A stretch of 64,000 nt of DNA, taken from positions 59,403,479 to 59,467,478 of the forward strand of contig NC_083424.1 in assembly GCF_020745735.1 (NCBI RefSeq), in the 5' to 3' direction. The notes under the pieces were generated by a model. The model made no database searches. It saw only the letters and a program-made list of their open reading frames with translations, and was not told the DNA's origin. Below are positions 23,182 to 37,212 of this stretch, piece by piece (position 1 is the first letter of the stretch; each line of letters opens with the position of its first letter). Source of the stretch: Hemiscyllium ocellatum. Its lineage: Eukaryota. The position numbers were made by a program, and so were the translations under genes.

Positions 23182-25364
23182 CTTTCTTGAGGAGTAAACA
23201 TTGTTCAGGACACAGGAGAGAACTTATTGACTCTTCTGTGAAATAGTGTCATCCACCAAAAGGTGCAGGCAGGGTTAAACATTCTCTGTAGTAATTGTCA
23301 CCTGCAGCAGTGTAGTAGTATTTCAGTCGTGATGGTGGTTTCAAATCCCAGAGGTACATGGAGCCACAACCTGGCAGCAAGGCCGGACTCTGTATAGGTA
23401 GCATTCAGTATAGGTGCTGCAGTGGGATCCCTCTGGAATCTGCCATATCACTGAGCTAGGTGGAGGAGAAGGCTCAGCTGGTGGCGCTAAGACTTTGCGA
23501 CATCTCAATTTTACAAGCCATTTCCTGTGTCTTGTACTGTCCCAGCTGCTTTATCAATTCTGTGCACTGATAGTGTCTTTGCACCCATGAAATTCCTTCT
23601 CACTCTATTCGTGCTAACAACTGGTATCAAAGTAGCACATGCTGAGGGACAGAAACCCCCATAGCTAGAAGACCCCCAGAGGTGATTGTGATCAATACTG
23701 AACCTTCACTGCATTCTCAGTTACAGCTTCTGTTCAATCCAGCAGCAGAGTCAATGATTCAACAAGTTAATTAAACATGTCTTGACAAAGGTGATGGTGC
23801 TTCCCAGTAACTTGTCCTCAAGGATACAATCTCACTAACTGTTTAAACAGCTGCAGGTCTGTCCAAAGTGTATGTGTGATTAATGACAGATTGAACAGAA
23901 ACTATACTGCTCGTGGCTGGTTCAGCCCACCCAGTAGTTCAACACAATCCAGCCAGATTAACAGAAACTAGTGAAGCAAACAAAAAGGAGCAGGAGTAGG
24001 GCCATTCAGCCCTTCAAGCCTGCTTCACCATTCAATATGATCATGACTGAGCATCCAACTCAGCCCCCTCTGCCCACTTTCTCCCCATACCCTCTGATCC
24101 CTTTCACCACAAAAACTATATCTATCCATTTATATCTAGAATATGCTGCAGGGTCTGAGGAAGAACGGTGAGGGAAGATTTGCATGGATGTTTTGGGCCA
24201 AACATTCTGTAAATAATGTAGGCAAAGCGTGAAATCAGGGGGTCCATGGAGCAAGGGGGACGGCAGAGGGTGCATTGAGTTGTGACCAGGAAAAGCAGAC
24301 CCCACAACAATGACAAACCATTCTGATTGGTTGGCTCTGCTCACTTGGCATCACGGACCTAGCCACTATCTTCATTTGGACAATGAACTTGGACATAACT
24401 GATTGGGAGGTAGTCTCTGGGAATCTCTCTACTTTCTGACACCCAGCAGTTCCAGATTTCCGGAACCACATTTGGTGGTGCAGTTGGGCTCTGAAGTTTG
24501 GGTGTTAAAGCAACCTTCTCACTGGGTAGCCTTGCTGAATGCAGTCAGGCCAAGGGAGGTTGCTGCTATCTCTGTTTCCTCCCTGAATGCAGCTAAACTC
24601 AGCAACTCTATCATGCGCTGACACATTGGGGAATAGAGACAAGTACTGCTGAGCACAGTTACTGGGTCAAGTCCTTCAATCTCCACACACTTGGTGACAT
24701 GTCAGTGCCAATCTGGTAAGAGCTGGGTGAAGGGGAAAGGAAACAAACAAACAAGGCCATCAATATCAGCATTCCGAAACAGGAACTGCCTCAGTGCTGG
24801 CCACCCAGCGATATTCCCTGGTGTTTCCATTCTGGCACAAGGCTCCACTTCCAACCCCACCCCTACCCCATCCACCACCCAATGTTTCCTCAGGCACAGC
24901 ACAGAGGAGCCATCAATGACCCATATAAAAGGGGTTACTGGGGCAGCCACACCATAATCGCGTGGCAGAGACACCGAGGTGGGGGACCACAGTCAGATTC
25001 CCAAAAACTTTACAGGATATTGTTTCCCGCCACAGGCTGGCAATGAACTATTGCTTTACTCAATCCCAGCTGTATCACTGCGAGACAAGCTGACTTTCCC
25101 ATCAATCTCAGCAGTATCCCTGGCACTGTCCCCTGAGTTACTGTGAGCCTCCAAGCTGTGCCTCACAGTAGCTAGTGACTGCCACTCGAATACTGTTCTG
25201 AAACCAGCAATGGAGGGGAACAGCACAATCCCAGCACCCTCCTCCCATCTCTCAACTTATTGGGATAGAAAGAGGCATGTGGAGTGCCACATTCCCACCA
25301 ACCCTCCCCCCGTGCCTAGCCTCACCTGCTTGTATATTTCTCTGTCCCATTCCTCAGCTACATA

Positions 25365-25581
25365 GTGTGTGTGTGCGTGTGTGTGTATGTGTGTGTGTGT
25401 GCGCGTGTGTGGGTCTGTGTGTATGTGGTACTGTGTGTATGAATGTGCATGTGTCTGTGTGCGTGTGTGTGTTAGTATTTGTGTGTGCGTGTGTGTGTAT
25501 ATATGTATGTGTGTGTGTATATGTGTGTGCGCGCACGTGCGTGTGGGTCTGTGTGTGTGTATCTCTGTGTGTGTGGTACTG
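25365..25581. repeat. Degenerate (TG)n tract
   Basis: Visible dinucleotide repeat running into the assembly gap. Confidence 0.95.
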
Positions 25582-25725
25582 NNNNNNNNNNNNNNNNNNN
25601 NNNNNNNNNNNNNNNNNNNNNNNNNNNNNNNNNNNNNNNNNNNNNNNNNNNNNNNNNNNNNNNNNNNNNNNNNNNNNNNNNNNNNNNNNNNNNNNNNNNN
25701 NNNNNNNNNNNNNNNNNNNNNNNNN
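25582..25725. other. Assembly gap (144 N)
   Basis: Run of N. Confidence 0.99.
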
Positions 25726-26228
25726 AGTGAGTGTATTATGTTTGAGGTGGGATTGTTGGGGATTGGAGAGTGTGCAGAATTTGGGTGAGAGCCTGTTTTT
25801 AACGAGGACCTTGTGTTGACCTCAGCATTACTAAGAATCACATTGTTATACGGAGCTGATCCCTGGAATCCCTCTGTAACACTGACCAGATAGAGGGAGC
25901 AAAATGGGGTCTACACCATTCACACTGCTGAAAAGATAACAACAACTTATATAGCACCTTCAATGGGGTAAAATAACCCAAGGTGCTTCTATCAAATAAA
26001 GTGTTATCAAATAAAATTTAATGAAGAGCCAGATGGAGCATGTTCCTGGGCTTCATCAGCTGATGAAGCGAAGGACTGAGCATTGCACAAGAGGGCATTA
26101 CCATTGACCAGGACTTCGGCCGGACTTGCCGTATAAATTCAGTGGCTACAAGAGCAAGCCAAAAGGTAGGATTACTGTGATGAGTAACACACTGTCTGAC
26201 TTCCCAAAACCTATGTTTGGGGAGTCAG

Positions 26229-26546
26229 GGGGGCAGCATGATGGTTAACACTGCTGCCTCACAGTGCCAGGGATCCAGGTTCAATTCCACACAATCTATG
26301 TGGAGTTTGTATATTCTGTGTGTCTGTGTCTGAGTGTTCCAGTTTCTTCCCACAGTCCAAAGATGTGCAGGTTAGGTAGATTGGCCATACTAAGTTCTCC
26401 TGTAGTGGCCAGGGATGTTCAGGCTAGGTGGGTTAACTATGGTAAATGTGGGGTTATGGAGATAGGGTGGGATGCTCTTCTGAGGGTCAGTGTAGACTCA
26501 ACGGGCCAAATGTCCTCCAACTGCACTGTATGGACTCTATGATTCG
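26229..26546 (+). mobile_element. HE1-type SINE, older
   Basis: Degenerate match to other copies. Confidence 0.8.
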
Positions 26547-26554
26547 ATCTACAT

Positions 26555-27050
26555 CTACAGTGTGCAAGTCGGGAGTGTGATGGAGTGCTCCCCACTTGCT
26601 TGGATGGGTGCAGCTCCAACACTCAAGAAGCTTGACACCATCCAGGACAAAGCAGCCCACTTGATTTGCACATCTACAAACATCCACTCCCTCCACCACC
26701 ACAGCTCAGTAGCGACAGTGTGTACTATCTACAAGATGCACTGCTGAAATTCATCAAAGATCCTCAGATAGCCTGCCCCTTCCAAACCCATGACCACTTC
26801 CATCTAGAAGGACAAGGACAGCAGATATATGGAAACACCATCCAAATTCCCCTTCAAACCACCCATCATCCTGATTTGGAAATATATCACTGTTCCTTCA
26901 TTGTCCCTGGGACAAATTCCACGAATTTCCTCTCTAATGGCATTGTTGGTCAATAAGGCAGCTCACCACCACCTTCTCAAAGCCAACTAACAACAGGCAA
27001 TAAACGTTGGTCCAGCTGGTGATGCCCACGTCTCATGAATGAATAAATCA
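26555..27050 (+). mobile_element. CR1/L2-group LINE 3' end (family B)
   Basis: QVGSVMECSPLAWMGAAPTLKKLDTIQDKAAHLI; ends ..gatgcccacgtctcatgaatgaataaa. Confidence 0.8.
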
Positions 27051-28687
27051 AGGTCATAAATGGAAAATGGGAGACTCACAGTCCTGTGGGACTGGAGGTG
27101 GTTACAGAGATTATGAGGATGCAGCCATGGAGGGATTTGGACACAGAAGTAATCATGTTAAGCTTGGGAAATGTTTGTGCATCAAGGGAGTGCGATTCTG
27201 TCAGAGGTGCAGTTCATCAGGAATGTTAAACGGAGGACCCAGCTACTCTCTGAGCCCCACAAACAATCCCAAATTTAAAGAATGACTGCAAGTTCTCCAT
27301 CTCCACTGTCCTGAACAAGAATTATCACACATCCAGCAGCATGAAATAAACCAAAATGCACACTATCGAAAAGAAATCCTGTTACCACGTGCCGATCTGT
27401 GGAAGCTTGCTGAACTCAACTTAGCTGGTCAGCTTCCAACACAGCAGTGGCTACACTTAGAAAATACCTAAGTTGGCTGTAAAACATTTTGGAAATTCCT
27501 GAGATGTCAAAGGTGCCAAATAAAACTGTAAGCTTTGTCCTTAATCTGGAGGAGACAAAAATAGGTGATGACATGACCCAGTAATACTTCAAAAACAATT
27601 CAAGTGACAAGATATAGAAAGCTCCTCATGTTGTGATTCCCTGTTGCCCTTGATGAATAAACTGACAAATCCACCAGTACATTTCCTGTGCTTCATACGA
27701 TATGATCCTACAAAAGGAAGTTGTGTGCTCCCATTCAGGAAACAACTTGCTCATTAACCTGAAGATAATTGTCTTATTTCCTCCCAAAGCAGTTGACATA
27801 TTGTGCTTGTCAAATAGCAAGGACCCCAAGAGGGAGACTCTCGTGTAGATAGGAGAAACCTCTTCCTTGACTAGATAAGCCTTCTGGCAAGCCTTATGAC
27901 GAGGAATAATACATGGAAACCAAAAGGCTTTATCTCAGGAAAGTACTGTTCAGGAAAATACTCATTGTGTTCTCATTTCCAACCGTCATGAGGACATTCC
28001 TTATTTAATAATAACAAAAAAAAGTGTTGGAGAAATTCAGCAAGTCAGGCAGCATTGGTGAAGAGAAAGCAGAGTTAATGTTTCGAGTCTGCTATGATAC
28101 TTCTTCAAAGCACTTCTGCAAATTCTGTATGTGTGCAGCTTGCATATTCTCCCTGTATCTGCAGGGGTTTCCAAAGAGCTGCAGCTTTAGTGGATTGGCC
28201 ATGCTCAATTGCTCGCAGTGTCCAGTGTTGTCAGGCTGGGTGGATGATCCATGGTAAATGTGAGGCTTACAAGGATAGGGTGGAATTACAAGGATGCGGG
28301 GGCTGGGTCCAGGTAGATCTCTTTGGTGAGTCAGTGCAGACTTGATGGGGCCAAATGGCCTTTTGCTGCATTGTAGGGAGTCAATGATTCTATGGGAATG
28401 TGGGAGAAGAGATTTCTTTTCTGAAGAATATTGGACCCAAGGCATTAACTCTGCTTCTCTGAGCCCACACCATTCCAGACCTGCAGAGTTTCTCCAGGAC
28501 TTGCTGCCTTTATGCTCAATCTGCAGCTTCTCAGGTTTTGCCTTTTCTCCAGATTTAGTGAGCTTGAATTGTGATCACTTTCTTGCTCCTAAAACACCTG
28601 TGAAGGTCGATCACTTACCAACAGAATATACTGCAGTAAAGCTCAGATACATTCAGCACAGAACAGGAGGGTTTCTAACTGTACCAT

Positions 28688-30480
28688 AAAACATAGGAGC
28701 AGCTGTAGGCCATTCAGCCCATCAAAGCCTGCTCTGCCATTCAAAGTGATCATGGCTGATCTGATCATCCTCAGCTTCACTTTCCTGGGTTTTGCCCAGA
28801 ACCTGTGATTCCCTCACTGGTTAAAAATCTATTGATCTAAATGACAGTTAATGACCCAACCTCAACAGCTTGGTAAAGGATGCCACAGATTCATTCCCCT
28901 CCTCAAGTCTGTCTTAAACACGCGACCCCTTATTCTGAGATTATGCCACTGGTTCTAGACTCTCCTACAAGGGGAAACAGCCTTTCCACATCAACCCTGT
29001 CAAGCCCCTCTAAGAATTTTGTATGCTGCGATAAGATTGCCTCTCATTCTTCTAAACTGCAATGAATACCTACCCTACTTGACCGTTCCTCACATTAGTA
29101 TCATATTTAGATAACCTTCTCTGGACTGCCTCCAATCCCAGTATATTTTACCTTAGATAAGGGAACCAAAATTATTCTAGTATCCTAGGTATGGTCTATC
29201 TGGTGCTTTGTACAGTTCTAGCAAAACCTCCCTATCCTTATACTCTATCCCTTTTAAAATAAACGTCAACAGTCCATTTGTCTTCCCTATTACCTACTGA
29301 ACTTAAATGCTGGCTTTTGGTGGTTTATGCGCAAGATCCCAAAATCCTGTTTTCTAGCTGTTTGGAGTCTTTGTCCATTTAAATAATATCCAGCATTTTC
29401 ATTTTTCCTTCCAAACTGCATAACTTCACTTTTTCCTGCACTGTATTCCATCTGCCAGGTTTTCAGCCCACTCACCTCCCGACCTGTATTACACTGTAGA
29501 TTCTGCATGTCACTCCCACCACTTGCCTTTCCATCTATTTTGGTGTCATCCACAAACTTAATACATTATTAATACATATAAATGATATATTATTTTCTCC
29601 CATTCAAATCATTAATATGTATTATACATAATTGTGGCAGTCCAACAGTTGCAGGTTGCCATCCTGAAAAAGCCCTCCTCATCCAGTGTGGGCGGCACGG
29701 TGGCACAGTGGTTAGCACTGCTGCCTCACAGCGCCTGTAGACCCGGGGTCAATTCCCGACTCAGGCGACTGACTGTGTGGAGTTTGCACATTCTCCCCGT
29801 GTCTGCGTGGGTTTCCTCCGGGTGCTCCGGTTTCCTCCCACAGTCACAAAGATGTGCAGGTCAGGTGAATTGGCCAAGCTAAATTGCCCGTAGTGTTAGG
29901 TAAGGGGTAAAATGTAGGGGTATGGGTGGGTTGCGCTTCGGCGGGTCGGTGTGGACTTGTTGGGCCGAAGGGCCTGTTTCCACACTGTAAGTCTAATCTA
30001 ATCCTAAAACCCTGTCTTGTATTAGTTAGCCAGTCCTCCATCCAATCTAATAAACAACTCCAACTCCATGATCTATTACCTTATCAACTAGCCCAACATG
30101 TGGTACCTTATTAAACACCTTCTGGAAATCTGAATATATGACATCATTGCTTCCTCTATCCTGCTTGTTACTTCATCAAAGGATTCTAGTAAATTTGTCA
30201 GCCGTGATTTCCCCTTCATGAATACACACTGTCCCTGCTTGATCATATTACACATTTCTCAATGTTTCTGCTACTACAAGCTATATAATAGATTCTAACA
30301 TTTCCCAATAACATCAGCTAACTGGCCCATTGATGACCGTTTTTCACCTCCTTTCCTTTTTAAATAAATCTTCTGGCATCTCTCCTGATAATCAGAATTC
30401 TAAGAAGATGACTCCCAGTTCATTCACTATCTCTGTTGCTACTTCCTTAAATTTTGTCAGAGTCATCCTGTCAGGTGATG
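28688..30480 (-). mobile_element. CR1 RT/3' fragment interrupted by an HE1 SINE
   Basis: DDTKIDG..WQMEYSAGKSEVMQFG; CR1 3' stem region near 28690. Confidence 0.8.
29690..30003 (+). mobile_element. HE1-type SINE, full length, young
   Basis: Near-identical to the 18193 and 42529 copies. Confidence 0.95.
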
Positions 30481-31449
30481 TTACTTGCTTGTTTATCTTC
30501 AAAGGTTATTGTCCCCCATTTTATTTATTTTTTGGTCAAACTTCATCCTTTTTTTTAAATTTCCCAATCTTTTTGCTTACCAATAACTGGTTGAGGTTAC
30601 TATGAAGGCCTCTCCTTCTCAACCTCTCACCTTGCCTGAGGTATGGTGACCCTCAGGTTAAACTCACCACCAGTCATCTCTCTCTGGTAAGACAATTTCA
30701 TTTTTGTCACATTGTATGTGGAAGGTTAGAGACGTTTATATGATTGTATTTCTAGTTTTTACAATTAACATTCCCAGGTGTTTGCACACCATAGGGTTTT
30801 AAAACGTTCCAACTCTCCAATACATTCTGTGTGCTGGGAGATCCCTAGACAATTGTGCTTCTTCACACAGGGAGCTATCCAGGTTTTAATACATACATCA
30901 GCACATCACCCTGCTCTTTAGATGTACCAGTCCGTTGCACTGAAAAACCAACATGTTTCAGGCAGACCAAACAGTACCCTTCACCTTGATGATGCCTCTC
31001 ATGTTCCTCTCAGTACATGTCCCAGGGAACAGCATTATATCCTGCGCTTTAGAGCAACTCAGAATGAACCTTTCTAGACCTCTTTTGCAAAGTCCCATCC
31101 CTGAAGGAGGTGGACCACAGTCTAGTCCCCACTGCAGCTCCTTGAGGCAGGGGTAGCCAGCTGCAGAGAATCGGGATCAACAGGAAGGATCTGACTCCTC
31201 ACCAGCCAAGCGATACCATGAAGCTTGTCTGCACAATCAGCTACTCTGCCAATGGTTTGATAGTTAGCTCAGCAAATCATGCAGCATAATATTTTGGTTC
31301 CCTGGTGGGACATGGTCATCACTGGCTGGTCAGAATTTATTGCCCCATCCATAATTATCCACGATAAGGTGGTGGTGAGCTGCCTTCCAGACCATTACAT
31401 TTATTATTACCTACCTGCACTTATGATCCCCTTGAGCACTGTGGAAGTT

Positions 31450-32050
31450 GCATGCATCCAATGCCTGATGAATTTTTGATCAACGGTGCTTTTCTACGCA
31501 AGCCTGAGGGACCAATGAAAGGGCATGATCCAACTGAACAGACCAACATGGTCAGATCCAGCCTGCATTGTCTGAAAAAGTTTCACTGATTCCTGCACAG
31601 AGCAGCTGGATCCAACAGTCGAATTCGTTTTGGAGAACAAGTCCAGCATGTGGGTCTGCACAACTGTGTTAAAGGCTTTCTCAGGGCTGGTAGTAACCCC
31701 CTTTTACATACAAACTTGGGATGTTTACATATAGAGCGTGTTTCCGAGCTGATCCTGTGTGAGTCTGATCAGGGTAGATCTGATTTGACAGGATTTTATA
31801 GTTTGCAGTAGACAGTAATGAGTCACAGGTGTCTGATTTCCTCCCAATTTCCATCCCGCCATCCCACTGACACCATCCAGAAGCAAACTCATACAGTTCC
31901 AGCAAAACTGGGCAAATCCAATTCCGCAGGACTGAATACAATTCAGCTGGTCATTGGTTTCTTCTGGCGTTTTATACATCTTCAACTACTTGATGGCCTC
32001 TACCGTACATCTATGGTTTGTCTAGAGATAGCTGTGGACATTGTCTAAGA
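31450..32050 (-). mobile_element. Old Tx1/L1 RT remnant
   Basis: Broken translation LYSVLRNWICPVLLELY..SLLSTANYKILS..PDQT..EKAFNTV..HMLDL.SK. Confidence 0.65.
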
Positions 32051-32620
32051 CCCACCATGATCCAGGATAACAGTGAGCCCGAAGCTGTTTCTCTCTGTGA
32101 GCTTAATCTCATGGCAAAGGCATTACTCCTTATATTTCATAACACGTTACAAAAGGTATATTATCAAAGGATTGACAGAAAACTAATATAATACCTACCT
32201 TTAAGAAGTGGACAGAACATGTTCAGGGATTTGCAGACAAATCTACTTAACACATGGTTAGGAAAATCATGATGGAATCCTTACTGAGAGGGAAAACAAC
32301 AAAATAACAATGAGTAGTCCACATGGATTTCAAAAGGGGAAATCTTGCTTGACCGGGCTTCTTGAATTTGTGGAGGTAATGAGGAGTTAACAGAGAAACA
32401 GGAGTAGGCCATTCAGCCCTTTGAACATTCTCCGCCATTCAATTTTTATCATGGTTAATCATCCAACTCAGTCTCCTGCCCCATACCTTTCAATCTCTTT
32501 AGCCCCAAGAATTACATCCAATTCCTTTTTGAAAACATTCAATGTTTTAGCCTCAATTGTTTTCTGTGGTAAAGAATTCCACAGACTCGCCACTCCCTGG
32601 GAAAAGAAATTTCACTTCAC

Positions 32621-32937
32621 GGTGGCGGCACGGTGACTCAGTGGTTAGCTGCTGCCTCACAGCGCCAGGGTCCCAGGTTCGATTCCAGCCTCAGGCAACT
32701 GTCTGTGTGGAGTTTGCACGTTCTCCCTGTGTCTGCGTGGGTTTCCTCTGGGTGCTCCGGTTTCCTCCCACAGTCCAAAGATGTGCAGGTCAGGTGAATT
32801 GGCCATGCTAAATTGCCCGTAGTGTTAGGTGAAGGGGTAAATGTAGGGAAATGGGTCTGGGTGGGTTGTGCTTCGGTGGGTCAGTGTGGACTTGATGAGC
32901 CGAAGGGCCTGTTTCCACACTGTAAGTAATCTAATCT
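32621..32937 (+). mobile_element. HE1-type SINE
   Basis: A/B boxes, core and tail; sits at the edge of a minus-strand CR1 3' fragment. Confidence 0.9.
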
Positions 32938-33499
32938 CTGCTCCTAAACTTGAATGCTATCACTATAAAGGTTAAACAGAGGTTAACCGGCCGAATGACA
33001 TACTGCTACTCCTAGTTCTTATGTTCTTACAGTGATAAAAATAATGGTATAGTTTGGTTGGGCCAGAAAGCCTCTTTTAGTGTAAGCCTGTTTAAATTGC
33101 TTCTGATAACAATTATGAAGAAAACCAGGTGGAACTCTCCTGAGGTGCTGACCAATAATAGTCCTCAATCGACACTATTCAAACCAGTTGCTATCTGTGG
33201 GAGTTTCCCATATGCAAATAGGCAGCTGTATTTCCAATATTGCAACAGCAGACATCAAAAGCATGACTTCAGTAGTCAGTGCTGCAGGATCCCCACAGGT
33301 CATGGAAAGTTCGTGGGACTACAAGGCTTTTTCCCATCACTGAGTAATACATTCTCTGGAATTCACGCTGACATATCTAATCACACAGTCACGAGCAGAA
33401 TCCTAGACCCATAACTCCCTGACCCCTGTGCAACACTCTCACACCATACTCCCCAAGATGTGTCTGGATTAGTCATCCTGAACCCCATGCTAGTGTCCT

Positions 33500-33797
33500 G
33501 GACACTTCGGGTCAAATTCCTTTGGGGCAGATGGTGAAAATTTAAATTCAAATAAAAATTTTCAGTCAAAGGCTAGCCTAATGGTGACCATGTTGTCAAT
33601 TGCATATTTTCAAAAAAGAAAGCTACCTGGTTCACCAATGTCCTTTGGGAAAGGAAATTTGTTGTCCTTACCTGGTCTGGCTTACATCTAACTCCAAATC
33701 CAGGGCAATGGGCTTGGCTCTTAACTGCCCCCTGTGTAATTAGGGATGTGTAATAAACACTGGCCGAGCCAGAGCTGCCCATATCCCACGAATGTTT
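33500..33797 (+). mobile_element. Third SINE family sharing its 3' tail with LINE family B
   Basis: Tail ..taataaacactggcc.agccag..ctgcccatatcccacgaatg resembles 26995-27045. Confidence 0.6.
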
Positions 33798-34770
33798 AAA
33801 TAAACATCATCTCACATACAATGACACTTTCAAACCTTATGGAGGAGATAACAAGAAGTATTGATAAGAGGTGAGCGCTTGACGTAATCTGTGGATTTTA
33901 GCAAGGCTGTGCAGAAGACTGGTTGTGAAAATCCAGTTGATCCAAGGGAAAGGGAAGGAAAGAGCAAGTTAGGTGGAGCAAGCTCAGATGCAGTGTACTG
34001 TAAATTTTTGATGAGTGTTTTAGGTATTGCTAGGCTATTTTGAGTGGGACTTTGCAGGGTTCAGTAATGGGTCCCTTACTTGATTTGTATTCTTGACTTG
34101 AATGTAGGGAGTACTCAGATAGTACAATCTTGAGTGTGTGGTGAATAATGAAGAGGGAAGATACGAATGGACTTGTCAGCTGACCAGAACTATGAGAAAT
34201 GGAGTACAACCCAGAGGAATGAGAGATAAAGCGTTTTGGGAAGGCTAACAAAGCAGCAGAATATACGACAGGAGACTGAGAGGTGAAAAAGGGCAGAGGG
34301 ACTTTCACACTCATATCCATAGATCTCTAAAGCTGGCTAGATAGACAGACAAGATGGCTAAGGAGTTAGAGTTGGGAAGTTACACTGAGCCTATATAAAA
34401 CACCAGTTAGGAAGCAGTTGGAGTACTATTCCAGTCACTACACTTGAGGGGACTTGTACACAAAATACTGAAAGCAATAACCTAGGTGCAGCAGGTAATG
34501 AGGGGAGGCTAATGGAATGATGGCCTTTACTGCAAGGGTGTTGAGTATAACAGTGGACAAGTCTCACTCCAACTTTACAAGTGAGACCACATGTGAGCAG
34601 TTTTAGAACCCTTATTTCAGGAGAGATATTACTTCAACCGAGACAGTTCAGAGAAGGTTCACGAGAATGGTTCCTGGTATGGAGGGATGGTCTCATGAAA
34701 AAAGAATAAACAGTTTGGGACTCTACTCACTGGATTTAGAAGAATGAGTGGTGATCCCATTAAAACAAAT

Positions 34771-34910
34771 AGCTAAAAACAATGACTGCAGATGCTGGAA
34801 ACCAGAGTCTAGATTAGAATGGTGCTGGAAAAGCACAGCAGTTCAAGCAGCATCCGAGGAGCAGGAAAATCGATGTTTCGGGCAAAAGGCCTTCATCAGG
34901 AATACAGCTG
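34771..34910 (-). mobile_element. PLE family-1 single-arm insertion
   Basis: 13-bp TSD CATTAAAACAAAT at 34758-34770 and 34911-34923. Confidence 0.8.
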
Positions 34911-35411
34911 CATTAAAACAAATGGGATTGTTAAGGGAGTTGACAGGGGAAATGCTGAGAGGAAGCTTCCTGTAATGGGAGAGCATAGGATGTGGTCTCA
35001 GAATAAAGGCAGACCAAGTTAAAACTGTGATGAGGAGGAATTTCTTCTCTGAAAGGGTGGAGTGTCTTTGGAACTCCCTGCTACAGACAGCCATGGGGAC
35101 AGAGGGTACATTTAAGGATCAGTTGCCATCCCATAGAATGGGGGAAGCAGGCTGGAGGGGCTGAATTGCCTACTCCTGTTTGGATTTCTTATGGTCTATC
35201 AGAAAGATTTGATTGCATTAGAGCGGGACTAAGGTAACATTCAGGAATATTGACTAGATTGCAGAATTACGAGGAAAAACTGAATAGATTAAGAATTGAT
35301 TTCTTTGGAATTGAAGAGGCTGGAGGGAGATGTAATCAGAATGTAAAAAATTGAAAGGTAGAGTAGTTAGGGGGCCCTACTCCCCTTGTTTGAATGACAC
35401 ATAACCCACAG

Positions 35412-35421
35412 ACACATATAT

Positions 35422-35491
<70 letters not shown>
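35412..35491. repeat. Compound (TA)n(CA)n microsatellite
   Basis: Visible in sequence, inside a CR1 remnant. Confidence 0.95.
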
Positions 35492-35493
<2 letters not shown>

Positions 35494-36429
35494 AAGAGAG
35501 AGGTGGGGATTAGATTCAAGAAGAAATGTGTTCATCTAGATGGTGAAGATCTGGAACGTATTGCCTTAAAGGGCAATAGAAGCAGAAACCCCCACAACTT
35601 GTAAAAAGTACTTGGGTAGGAACTTGAAGGCGATATCTACGTAGCTATGGGCCAGGAACTGGAGAATGGAATTAGGCTGGAAGATTACATCTGGAATAGC
35701 ATGGACCTATTGTTGGAAATTTCTATGATTCTAATGCCCATTGCACATCAACAGAAACTCTTACACAAACAGCCACTCAACTGCATTCTCATTCTCACAA
35801 CCCACCAAGTACTCTCTGTCATAGGCATACTCACACACAGGCACTCACACTTAACATGGTCTTGTCAAAGGAAATCATGTTGAATTAATTTATTAGACAG
35901 TTCTTTGAAGAAGTACTGTTGATAAACCAGTGAATGTATTTTATTTATATTTCCAGAAGGCATTTGATAGAAGTGCCACATCTATAGTTATTGTGAAAAA
36001 TGGAAAAATGTGATGTAGTGGTAATACATTGGGCTGTATAAAAGATTGGCTGGTTAACAGGAAGCTGGGAGTAGACATAAATGGGTCATCTGGTTGGCAA
36101 GATGTAAAGAGCAATGTGCACAGGAATCAGTACTGGGGCCTCGACCTTGTACAAGTTTTATAAATGGATGAAAAGTCCAAAGGTATGGTGATTACATTTG
36201 CAGAGGACACAAAGATAGGTAGGAGGTAGGTTGTGTAGAAGACATAAGCAGTTTACAAAGGAATATAGATAGATTAAGGGAATTGGCAAAGATCTGGCAA
36301 ATGGCATGTAATGTTGGAAAATGTGAATAAAAGTGCATTATCTAAATGCTGAGAGGTTGCAGATTTTAGAAATGCAGAGAGATCTGGGAGTCACAGTTCA
36401 TGAATCACAGACAGTTAAGATGCAGCTAC

Positions 36430-36640
36430 GCAAAAGTGAGGACTGCAGACGCTGGAATTCAGAGCCTAGATTAGAGCGGTGCTGGAAAAGCACAGCAGGT
36501 CAGGCAACATCTGAGGAGCAGGAGAATCAATGTTTCGGGCAGAAGCCCTGATGAAGGGCTTTTGCCTGAAACGTCGATTTTCCTACTCCTCGGATGCTGC
36601 CTGACCTGCTGTGCTTTTCCAGCACCGCTCTGGTCTAGGC
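36430..36640. mobile_element. PLE family-1 fold-back insertion
   Basis: Inverted arms meeting near 36547. 14-bp TSD TAAGATGCAGCTAC at 36416-36429 and 36641-36654. Confidence 0.85.
36548..36575 (+). ncRNA. Minimal hammerhead motif (PLE family 1)
   Basis: CUGAUGA-A-GGGC(UUUU)GCCU-GAAA-CG-UC. The 5' strand of stem I is altered at the fold-back junction. Confidence 0.45.
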
Positions 36641-36934
36641 TAAGATGCAGCTACAGCAAGTGTCAGGAAAGCTAATAATATACTGTGTTTTATTGAGGCG
36701 ATATGGAGGAGCCGGTATTGGACCGGGGTGCACAAAGTTAAAAATCGCACATCGATTATAGGCCAACAGGTTTATTTGGAAGCACAAGCTTTCGGAGCAC
36801 TGCTCCTTCATCTGATGGGGGTGGAGCAGGACCACAAGACACAGAATTTGTAGCAAAAGGTCACAGTGTCAGAACATATTGTGACTTTAGAGAAGTTCTG
36901 GGATTTACATATTAATGAACTGAAACCTGCAATT

Positions 36935-37212
36935 GGGTGGCATGGTGGCACAGTGGTTAGCACTGTTGCCTCACAGCGCCAGAGACCTGGGTTCAATTCC
37001 TACCTCAGGCGACTGACTGTGTGGAGTTTGCACGTTCTCCCCGTGTCTGCGTGGGTTTCCTCCGGGTGCTCCGGTTTCCTCCCACAGTCCAAAGGTGTGC
37101 AGGTCAGGTGAATTGGCCATGCTAAATTGCCCGTAGTGTTAGGTAAAAGGGTAAATGGGTGGGGACTTGTTGGGCCGAAGGGCCTGTTTCCACACTGTAA
37201 GTAATCTAATCT
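36935..37212 (+). mobile_element. HE1-type SINE inserted in a PLE family-2 element
   Basis: A/B boxes, core and tail. Confidence 0.92.

Larger units (their letters stand above)
33830..35725 (+). mobile_element. Cluster of nested CR1 fragments
   Basis: Degenerate CR1 RT C-terminal and 3' sequence, at least two layers. Confidence 0.7.

Noticed and set aside
25257-25841. His/Thr- or Val/Cys-rich ORFs
   Set aside because: They are a (TG)n tract plus an N gap.
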